A DNA stretch of 52,685 nt, filler included, from Sphacelaria rigidula (lineage: Eukaryota), in NCBI GenBank assembly GCA_964200075.2. It is 2 parts of 2 records of this genome, joined end to end, with 100 filler letters (N's around TTAATTAATTAA, not from the genome) between each part and the next. Parts side by side here need not be neighbours in the genome. Positions count along the whole stretch, not along the records: positions 26,401 to 52,685 come from CAXNAA020000142.1; 1 more part is not named here. One strand, 5' to 3'. Under the pieces are notes generated by a model that worked only from the letters and a program-made list of their open reading frames with translations, did no database searches and was not told the origin of the DNA. The position numbers and the translations under genes are program-made. Each line of letters begins with the position of its first letter. Within the stretch, counting starts at the first letter, position 1. Shown in pieces: positions 35,001-45,163 of the stretch.

Positions 35001-36079
35001 TAAAGTTGTGAACTGGCGGCCAGTTTAACTGACCAGTCACAGTTAACTGGTACAACTGGTTAACTGATCGATTTTGTAACCAGTTGAACCAGTTATTTCA
35101 CCCTACATATGTGTCATACTCCAAATTGTTCCGTGTCTTATACGTGTCGTACTCAAGTCAATAGTTCTGAAGTATTGTCGTACTACAATGACGGTGGGGA
35201 CGCTGTTACAGAGGATAGTACAGGACCACACAGCACACACACCTAGACGTGAACGCGAATATCGCAGACAGTATGTTTTGATATTAAAAAAAAATGGAAA
35301 TTAGGCACGAACAGTGGTTGATTGAGGGGATCTGAAATGTTTTTTGGGTTAAGAAAATGTGTTCAAAAGTTGCAGCTCGTGCTTGAACCATGCCGCCGAA
35401 CGGCTGCAAAACAAGTAGCCGGCCCACAAATGGCCGTTTTTGTCGGCCCACAAATGGACGTTTTTAGCCCCTTTTCGAGGGGAAAAAACGTGTCAATTTT
35501 TTTTCTTAATTTTTCTTCGATCGCGTGGGACTTCCTGGCTGCAAGCCCCGGTGAAGGTGGGGGCGATTAAAAACAAACGTTTTGTTTTTTGTTTTTTCCG
35601 ACACCTTTCTTCCCCTCGGAAAGGGGCCAAAAACGGCCATTTTGGAGCTGACTACTTTTTTCGCAGCTGTTCGGCGCCATCGTCCAAGCACGAGCTGCAA
35701 ATTTGACACATTTTTTCGACCCAAAAAACACCGCAGAGTTCATTAAAAAAAAAAACCGATCGGACATCGTTAAGGGCTCGCACAAATTTAGGTACCTTTA
35801 TTTATGGGGCAGAGGAAGTATACATATATATATATATATATTTGTGCACCGATTACGTGCTCGAATTGCTGGCGCTGGGCGGCTAGAATTTACCGCGACT
35901 TTGAAGAGATGTGAAGCCTTATGGCGTAATTTTCCTGCCTCCGGCGGGGCCCCCTCACCAGCCTAGGGGGGGCGTTTACGCGCCTCCGCCGCCAGTTTTC
36001 CAGTTTTGACTGATGACTGTAACTAGATATAATGTTTTGCAACCAGTTAACTGGTTAGCCAAACCAGTTCACAACTCTA
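35001..36079. mobile_element. Non-autonomous hAT-type element
   Basis: 16-bp TIRs TAAAGTTGTGAACTGG / CCAGTTCACAACTCTA, 8-bp flanks GTAAATAC / GTGAATAC (7 of 8), and subterminal CAGTTAACTG repeats at both ends. Confidence 0.8.
35339..35729. mobile_element. Foldback MITE nested in the hAT-type element
   Basis: 35339-35494 is the imperfect reverse complement of 35600-35729 (ttgcagctcgtgcttg / caagcacgagctgcaa). Confidence 0.75.
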
Positions 36080-36339
36080 GTGAATACACAGTACTACCTG
36101 TACGCCCTGCATACAGTATGCAGTAAAATGCAGATGTCAGTCTGCGTACATTGACACAGCTGTATCAAATCGTTTTGGAGTACGTGCACTGCACACAGTA
36201 CAGCACTGTCTGCCCTATCTGCATACAGTAGTACAGCGATCTGTGGGCAATAATACTAGCACCGTGATGCGTGCGGCGGTGCAAAGGAGATGGTGAGCGA
36301 TCGTATTTCCACAACCACAAGTCAGAGGCCATGGTTTGC

Positions 36340-36342
<3 letters not shown>

Positions 36343-36388
<46 letters not shown>

Positions 36389-36731
36389 GTCATCCCACCT
36401 ATTCTGGACGCTGTTCTACACCTTTCGGTATATGTGAGCGCACCGGCCGGGGTCACCCAGGAGGGAGGCCAACACAGGAGCTCATTTTTCTTTTTTTAGT
36501 CCTCCACCTTCCTTCTGCGGTGCTCGCCTTATTTATTTTTTATCGCGAGAGGGGTTCAGCAGCACCTTTTCCTCGTCGACCGTCAAGTCGAATTTTGTGT
36601 ACCCACGAGATAGTCGCTCTTCAGTGTTGGGCATAGTGTGAGAAAAAAATCCCAGATCGCTCCGAGATTCGAACTCACGGCCCAACCATCAGAAGGTCTT
36701 GATGTTACCAACTGAGCTACCGGGGCGACCG
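36343..36731 (-). mobile_element. tRNA-derived SINE family A, full length, (CA)n tail
   Basis: On the minus strand: A box TAGCTCAGTTGG (36708-36719), B box GTTCGAATC (36666-36674), body and (CA)22 tail (36343-36386). Three further partial copies occur in the window. Confidence 0.85.
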
Positions 36732-36844
36732 GTGTCGATGTTCCGAATAAATCCACTGGCGTAGAACACAGAACGCAGATTTGCGACCGTTCTTGTATAT
36801 CGATGTGCATGAGCATCGGGACAGAAACAACCCCTCTCGCGTGG

Positions 36845-37150
36845 TGCTCACCCTTGGCGAATCATGCGCAGCTCTCACACGTGTGAAGCTCACCCGCGGA
36901 AAGCTCGTGGTGATTAACTACGCCCGGTAGCTCATCCAGGGCAAGCATGCGTGACTCATGTAGCTCTCATAGCTCACCCAGGGCAAACATGCGCGGAGAA
37001 ACGACGCCCGATAGCTCACCAGCATAAACATGCACGGACGAGCCACGTCTAGTAGCTCACCCAGGATAATCATGCGTAGCTCATGTAGCTCTCATAGCTC
37101 AGTAGGAACTTACGCTAAAAAAAATTAGCTCAAGCTATGGGGAGCTGATC
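36845..37150. repeat. AGCT-rich dispersed repeat, second copy
   Basis: Repeated tagctcacccaggg..catgc units; same terminus as 34385-34584. Confidence 0.65.
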
Positions 37151-37319
37151 CGTCTCATAGTTGCTTTCTTTCTTTGGCGCTCTACCGTTGGGCCCGTAAT
37201 GGACGGTACCTGAATGCTCGGAAGTTGTGCGGTTCTCCCTGGACATGATCGCTTTGTGCTTGACATGTTTTTCACCAGCCATGTATTTTAAATGCAGTGG
37301 TGTAGGAAACATCTCATGC

Positions 37320-38672
37320 CAGTGTTGAATATTGAACGGAAAAAAAGTTCGACACGATATGTTTAACGTATCGGCCTCAAGACGTCGATAGCGATATTTC
37401 TTTCGATACGCGGAAAATTATCCGATACGTACCGATACTCGATACGATACGGCTGTTTTGGTGGGGACACAGCTTGCAAAACCTCACGGTACTACACTGT
37501 CACTAGCAACCTAATCTGAAGTGAGTGCACGCCTGATTATATGAAGGTACAGCAGCACCAGTGTGTGATTTGTGACTTGTTATCTGACATCATAAAAGTG
37601 GCGGCACAACACGCGGCGTGATGCTTCGGTTTGATCAAAATGGTTCATCGTGCAAGGGGCAAGTCGCAAAAGAGGTAGTTGATCACAACTCGAGGTGTGA
37701 TGCATGATAGATAGTGTGTTGTTCAAGCCGGTGATTCACCAAAGTATATTCTGCCGCCACTACGCCGTCATGTTTCGATCGAATTTGAGAATTTACCTCG
37801 GCTCTGCGCACTGCGCACTGCGAACACACTCATTATTCGATAACAAACGCGCCAAACGTCGAAACTGAGCACAAAATGGTGAATGCAAATGCGCGCTCGT
37901 TTTTTCTGTTCTCCATACCAAACAAGGGACGAGTCGGCAGCACAGGTCCATTCTTTTTTCGTTGTCGGCTACACAACGAAGTATACTCTCCAGACACCTA
38001 AATGCCGAAGCAATATAATTCCAAAGCTTGTAGAAAAACTGGATATGCTGAGAAAATATGATTGTCTACCCCTCACACGCGAAACACTCCCGCCGACTTG
38101 AAACATTCAAAAGGCATCCGCGATACTCTGCCACCCCCTTTCTGATGCCTGCACACGAGATACCGCTAAACTATCAACTGCAACGTGCAAAAACTGTAGA
38201 AACGTCGGACTTCGCGGGTAACTCTGCTTGCCCGCTCTCTCTACTCTTGGTTGAGTGGCACTGGCGCGGCCACTGGTGCAGCAGCAGCCGCTGTAGCAGA
38301 CACAGATACAAACGGTTCGGCAGGAACGTCGACCGTAAACTCTACACTACCGCCTTTCACAAAGCCGAAAGTCTGAAGGCGGCTCATGTTGCAAACCGGT
38401 GGGGTTCGCGGCAAGTGGCTGTGTGGTGTGTGGTGTGTGTGGAGTGTGGAGTGTGGTGGGGTGGTGGGCAGTGGGGTGATGGGCGGTGGCACGACGTGCC
38501 GTCTACCATCACCCCGGTAAAATAAATATATATATATCGACTATATCAATATCCGATATTGATATTGATACGTATCGGAAAATTTCGGCTTGGGAAGCGG
38601 CGATACCGATACGCCGTATCGACCGATAATATCGAAATCGTATCGAGTATCGATATCCGATTTTCAACACTG
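37320..38672. mobile_element. Non-autonomous hAT-type element, 1353 bp
   Basis: TIRs CAGTGTTGAA / TTCAACACTG, a perfect 8-bp duplication TCTCATGC (37312-37319, 38673-38680), and CGATA(C/T)-rich subterminal repeats at both ends. Confidence 0.9.
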
Positions 38673-40682
38673 TCTCATGCAGATGCACCACCTCTCGTAG
38701 CGCATGAATTTTACCGATACAGCCCTCACCGCAGAGAGGAACGCGGGGTGTATCGAGGCTCATGCGGTGTGGGGCGGGGCGAAGCGGGTACCAGTGAATC
38801 TTCTCCCTCGCAGTGTGCTCGTCTATTGAAGTGTCCAACCTACAGGGGACGAGGGGAACGCAACTGCCGCTACTACGTCGTATATTAGCGCACTGTTGCA
38901 CAGAGATGTACCGGTCACACGTAAACCTGTCCTCGTCCCCCGCACAAGGAACATCCGGCCATGAAGGATCATTGGCTGTACTTTTCGACAGAGGCGAAAC
39001 CGCATGTATGGACTATGAGCCTCATCGCACATGCTATACCGTGACTCCAACAACAGTGATACACATCCTGGTTATTGTCGTTGCTCTCGAATTCATCTAC
39101 CCCTGGATGGGGTGAGGGGGTGTTATGCAACGCCACCGCTGAACGTAGTGTACAGAGAAGTCAGTCCAACGCAGTTCAGTGCACCAGGTCTGTATCGCGT
39201 TACATTTACCTTTGGTAGCCCTACGTGAGCTAAATCGCCAAATACTGACAACCAAAACACGGAATACTACAGGGAGGAAGGCCACCGCGTGCATTACCTA
39301 CAGCGTGACACATTGCTCGACAGTGCGGTAGCCTACGCGGCCCTGTAGTGCAGTCTGTTCTGTTGCACAACAGCAAGTACAGACATTTATTTGCAAACAC
39401 ACTCCTATGCACACCTACAACAACTGGCAGCACGTCTCATTCGATCTTGCGCTAACATCGATTTCACGTTTAAATTCATTGCTGCAAAGCTCACCTGCAA
39501 CTCTTTATGGCACAAGATAGCCATCTAGGGCACCCAGCTGCATCGCACACTGACCGTTTCGAACACGAAGCAAGCAGCTCTGATCGTAGTGCATACGCGT
39601 ACCAATTTGGTCATTTTCCAATAGTGGAAGGGTGTCTCACGAGTCTCTTGTGGATACTCATTTACCATTCGGGAGCCACGTTTAGTTTAATATGGATTCA
39701 ATATCGACGAATCATAAAAACTCATCGTAGGCATCACAATAAATTCATTGATGTCAACTCATGAGGCTTTCTTGGTTAGTCGGATCGCGGGTATGAGTGA
39801 TTGATCAGATGACAGCACACTCGCCTGTCCACAGCACTGCAAGAGGACAGTGAGTTGCTGTCCCGTACGATCCATCAGTCAGAGGTGAGCCGCTTGCATA
39901 CTTACTTTCTTGTTTTCTGCATAGTACGAAGCCGAACGGAAGAGTGACTGGGGATCGCCGGGACTCTTCTACGGCACTTGCATTCCATCAAAATTTGCCG
40001 TTCTGTACTGTCTTAACTGTGTACTTCGTCAGATAAGGTCTCCCTCGTACGACACAAGTGCTAGTTTTCGCGAGATTTTTGACATAATTTCATCAAAGCA
40101 ATGGCTTCCACTGCTCAAACGAGCCATGCGTGGATAGATGCCGACAATAGTTCTTTATCGACGTAAGCTATGGTGTCACTTGCACGATGGCTTTTGAGGA
40201 CATCGAGGTGGGACAATTTGTCACAAGGGGGTGGTAAATGCCGTACACCCTCCGTGCCTACTTCACGGAATAAGATTAACTGCGGAATAAAGCTAGTAAT
40301 GGGCGGCCCCTGCAGCATGACTTCCGATGAAATAAAGCCGTGCGCAACAAGCGCTTGCAACCGTACTAAAAAAAAAAGACCGTAAGGGCAAATAGCGACT
40401 CGGCTGTTTTGGATCCTACTGTTTGGGCATGAGCTCTCACCCGTGAGCCTTGCGGAAACAAGGCGCCAAACTGCTCCTGTACAACACAGAGGAAGAGAAA
40501 AGCTAATTTGGAAAAAAAGAGGAAGAGAGAACAGAGATGAAGGAAACTGCGGCAGCAATGAAACTCAAGGACACAGCAGGGCATGAACAAAATCACATCC
40601 AGGGACCATCGTGAGACCATACAGGTAGGCCGAGAAAAAGTCAATGGCTCACACAAGAGGATAGGGGGAGGGGGGGGGGCGT

Positions 40683-42620
40683 ACTCATTTGTTGCTTGCC
40701 TTAGTCGTTTGACCATTGACCACGTATCCCTTTCGAGACGGAGCACCGTTCCTAATAGAGACACCTCCGACATTTCGGTGCTTATCACGTTTCTTCTATA
40801 CACCACACAAAAACCTTTTACATGTGTTATCCCCATCCTGTTCCGCCGTCTGTGGCCACCATTTTTCTCCTAGTTTAGCCATCGTTTTCTCCCTACTGTC
40901 TAATGCATCAACCGATTTCATGCCATCCTCGTTCACGTCCCGCATTTCCCCCCCTAGCGCGTCCCGTTCCTCCTTGTATAGTATACATTCTGACACTATG
41001 ACTTCTGCTCTCTATTGCTTTGCCACAGGGGTAGCTCTGTGCACCTACTCCCTCCTCCTTTCGACGACTGGTAAATCTCTTTCTTCTTTCTGGCAGGTCC
41101 AGATCCCCCACCCGAAATCGCAGTTTCATTTTTTTCGCCGCGTCCATTGGGCCATGCAAATATTCTTCCATCCCTATCCCCTCTCTCAACCCCCCGTATA
41201 TCTCTAGGTGTTCTTCGTCTACTTTGCGTCTGAGCGCTCCTTTTCCCCTTATTTCTATCATGTCACTTACTTTTGTCTTGTACCCCCCGCGCATTTATTG
41301 ACGTTCGCTGTCACTGTACGAAACACGCACATACGCACTCAACACACTGCGTGCAAGCAGTGCAGACAGTGCAGACTGTCTATACTGTACACGAGTGACT
41401 ATGTACCGTTTCACGAATTTCACTGTTTTTTTTTATCGAAAGCTTGACAATCCGCTTGGACTCAACTCGACAAAAAGTGAGCGATTTCCGCTCAAATCAA
41501 TTCGATCGCCCCATTTTTTGATCGAAAAAAAAGTGCCAAGACACGCCCTGAAACCTTCCTCCGTACTGCCGGATGACAGTTTTGAATTCGGTATAGAGGG
41601 TAAGGCAGGTACCCGGTACTGGCATTTGGGACATTCATACCCTACCGATACCGACCCAATCGGGTATTCTCAAATGTCGTACCTACGATACCTACGATAC
41701 CACGGCATTTCGAGATACCAATACCTACCATACCGGCCCAATCGGGTATTTTCAAATCTCATTACCTTCGATACCTACGATACCACTGTATTTCGAGATT
41801 TCAATACCTACCATACCCGCCCAATCGGGTATTTTCAGAACTCATACCTACGATACCCACGCATACCACGGTATAGGATACCCGGGCAAATACCGGGGGT
41901 ACGCTCGATACAGTACCTTACCTACGGTGCCCGTGCACTTTTGGCACATTCTGTCATCGTCACCATTCTCCACAAATTGCCTCTGATCCTCGCTTCCCAC
42001 AACCTTTTCCATAGCCCATCTCTCCATGCTGTGTCATGAGACTTTGCACGTCCAGAAAGAAACAGCCTGTTGTCAACCCGGAGTCTTTTCTACCATAAAG
42101 AATCTTTCCTAGTGTGTACACATGGTCTACGCAACTACGGTTTGGTCGAAATCCTGCTTGCCCCTCGCTGATCTTTTATTCCCTTTTTAGCATCGGTCCT
42201 TCTCTATCGTTCAAAATCTTACCGAGTGTTTTCCCTACCGTGCTCAGTAGCGTTATCCCTCTATAATTTCCTGGGTCAGCCTTGCCTCCTCTTTTGAAAA
42301 GGTTGACGACTACTCCTTCTCTCCACCCCCTGGCTGTGTCGTCGTTTTCCAAGATCCAGTTATACAACATAACCATCATGGTAAGCATTCCCTCTCCCCT
42401 GCACTTCAAGAATTTATTCACTCTTTCGTCTGCCCCTGCCGCCTTTCTGTCCTTGAGTTTAGCTACGCACCTCTTTACTTAATCTCTGGTCAAAGCTCTC
42501 TGCAATTCTTTCGAGCCTCTATCCTCCCGTTCTGACGTCTCTACATTTTCCTCTGCCCGCGCGTGGATTAATTTTTTGAATTCTATGTCGAGGTCTGTGG
42601 TTGTTTTTGGTGTTCCTAGT
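40683..42620 (-). mobile_element. Decayed LINE (reverse transcriptase ORF2 remnant), internally deleted and interrupted
   Basis: 41930-42620 encodes RT-entry motifs with stops and frameshifts (KAAGAD, WREGVVVNLFKRGGKADPGNYRGITLLSTVGK, QAGFRPNRSCVDH, FFLDV). 40683-41300 encodes the C-terminus (LRFRVGDLDLPERRKR, PCG..ESRSH...C zinc-knuckle-like region). Confidence 0.88.
41597..41924. mobile_element. Small TIR element with an internal ~83-bp tandem repeat, inserted in the LINE
   Basis: Ends AGGGTAAGG / CCTTACCTA; the unit cccaatcgggtatt...cgatacc recurs at 41655, 41737 and 41820. Confidence 0.6.
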
Positions 42621-42749
42621 TTACGAAAGAGGACAGGGGTGGATCGTGTTCCGCGTTAACCTAGGTTCCCCCATCCACGTTCCTTCGTGCAACTCTGGTC
42701 GGGTACAAAGCGGGCCACTCTCTCGACCATTGCCATCCTGAATTCCTCG

Positions 42750-43330
42750 CGAGCTGTTGATGATGTGGCGCCAGCAGCGGCGGCTCTCCGATCGACGACT
42801 CTCTATGCAAAAGCGTCTCGTTTGTGACGAAGGTTCGATTGAAGTTGCTCGCGTCGTCACGCCTCCTCGAACTCTCTCACCCCTCTCTCGCCTCGAAGAT
42901 TACATTTGCCCTTCTTCTTCGCTGCAGCGATCCAATCGTATTTATCGTTGAACTTCATTCCGTGCACAAACCATTTCCGTCGTGCTCCTGTCCGTGGGAG
43001 AGTCCCTAGTGCACATAGGTTCTCTTGAAGGCGCCCCCCCCAGCGTTTGGGGCGCCGGCCCGCCTCCTCAGGCCCTTTCCCGACTAACCATCCCAACATT
43101 ATGCACTTTTTAAGACGCACTCGTCCTGCCGTATAAGGGTACCTGCTAACCGGAGCTGTCACTTGCGGATGATCGTCTCGGCACGTTAGCAGTTGGTAAT
43201 CTCGATCACGTCTCTGTAGGAACGGATTCAGTGGCCAGTTATCTCTTTCCTGTGGCATCCAGCATTCGCAGCAAATGCTTGTAGTGGACAGCGCGCACTC
43301 CCGACGTCGTCGTTACCCGGCGTCCATGTG
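42750..43330 (-). mobile_element. Second non-LTR retrotransposon remnant (RTE-like ORF C-terminus)
   Basis: The frame with RLKKCIMLGWLVGKGP..GRRPKRWGGRLQENL...DWIAAAKKKGK resembles the RLPKxxxxGxLxxxxRxxGRPxxRW C-terminus of RTE-clade ORF2. Confidence 0.6.
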
Positions 43331-45163
43331 TGGAAAATGTGTGTACACTTTGCGGAGCTCACGATTCCGGGCGGGTCGTCCGATATAGGTCGCCTATGGT
43401 CCCATGTAGTGAAAACACTCGCAAGCGCAAAACCACGCTAATGATATTCAATGGCGGGTTGTGTTGTACCCGCACAGGACAGATTGGACCGTACCTGAAC
43501 AGCAGTTAAAGTCTACCTCTTAAGCGGATAGCGACAGCTACAGAGCAACCACGGAGACGAACGATAGTTCACGGCGGCGGTCTCAGAGCGTACCGACGGG
43601 TGATGCTCTGTTCGGGTGTTTGGGTGTTTGGGTGTTCGGGTGTCGGGTGAATGTTATGCAGAACAACCGACGTGTATTTTGAAATATATTTTCAAGGCCA
43701 CGCGAATTTCCCATAAGGCAATTTCTAGCGGGCAGTTTCAGATCCAAGTCTCGTTCAAATGTCACATCTCGTCAAGTACTAGTGCTGAATTTCCCTACTT
43801 TTGCACCCCGCAAAAGTTCGAGGGATACGAATGTCGGGTCAAATGCCAATTGCCAATTGCCAGAGACAGACGATCACCACGTATAACCCACGAAGGCGAG
43901 AGACGTTGTGTTTTGCCATGATGCTTGTCTTGGGAGTACCCACCCATCACGCTGTCGGCGAGTCTGTACGGTCGGTGCGTGACTATGTGTGCTGTGGTTT
44001 CCTTGGTTTTATATAGGCTTTTATCAAGGCAGTTCTTGGTGCGCCGAGAGAAACGTACCATCACGCCTCAGCAGCCAAAGCAAAATCACGGGGGGAGGGC
44101 ACTTACACTCATCATATAGAAGCTCTGTACAAAAAATGTTGCGCCATAAAGGCACCACGGTGATGTTAAACAGGTGCGTTTTCAGCGTATGCTCAAGATC
44201 AGGGAGTTCCCGAACCACCATTGCGTCGCCTCGGCTCCGCCGCAGGTTCAAGCTCTCCAGACAGTGAACTCACACCCAGCGCACGACCGCGACACTTTCG
44301 GAGTGCGGGATCATTGTTGCAGCCCCCTTGACAGATGGGCACAACACACACCGCAGCTCTGGCACCGATGGGTTTGGGTGTGTTGATCTGTGGTGGCTTC
44401 TGTGAGCTGATTCAGCGCATGTACAGTCCACATTTTAGACAACCACAAGATAGCATATTTGAGATACACAGCTGTCTTTGAAATAGGCTGTTTTTTGCAC
44501 GTCACCACAAAGAGATGGAGGCAGTATGCGAACTGCCCATGCAAGAAGAGTACATGTGTCCAGGGGTGCCTGCACTTTTGGCACCAGCCAGATCTGAGCC
44601 AGAGTGTAGGCTTGCTCGATGTAAAATTCCAAATTTTCCTAAAGTCTGAGTACAGTCGCCATTTTTTGCGGCATAACCTTGAACAATGAAGAATCTTTAT
44701 CGCTGGTCATTAGTTCAGGTTCGGCGGTCGATGAGTCCCCATATATATAAACTGTTCTAATATGTGTAATATTTCGGTACTCATGTCCTTAGGTTTTCAA
44801 TGGAGATGAGACTCTCCTCAGTTTAAACCGCGAGTGAATCTGCCGCGATTGGAATCCTCCGTCTTCCGTCCTGTTTCAGTTGTACCGGTTATACCGCCGG
44901 GCTGCCTTCTATGGGCATGTTGTGGCTGATTCTTCTCGTGTTGATCATTGAGCATTAATCTCTGATGTTTCATCCTCTATCGCCCTTTGCCGCATCTCAG
45001 CACGATGGCGGATTTCACGTCTCGTTATCGTTCTTAGCGTGACGTATTTCGTTCATCCTCCCACACGTCTGCCGCTGTTTTGCGCTCATGTCTGTGTCCA
45101 TTCCACGTGCTATATCCAGGAACCCCTAACTTGGCGCTGATTCTCCTTTATTCGCTATTGCTG

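Noticed and set aside
36655-36731. Possible tRNA-Arg(UCU) gene on the minus strand
   Set aside because: It is the head of a multi-copy SINE with a (CA)n tail, and the stems are imperfect.
39500-40360. Coding-like minus-strand stretch
   Set aside because: Multiple stops in all frames and no recognisable motif; left unannotated.
41640-41880. Regularly spaced CCCAATCGGGTATT repeats and the 214-aa ORF 41395-42039
   Set aside because: Whole 83-bp units are repeated (no unique spacers), and the ORF is a by-product of the repeat.
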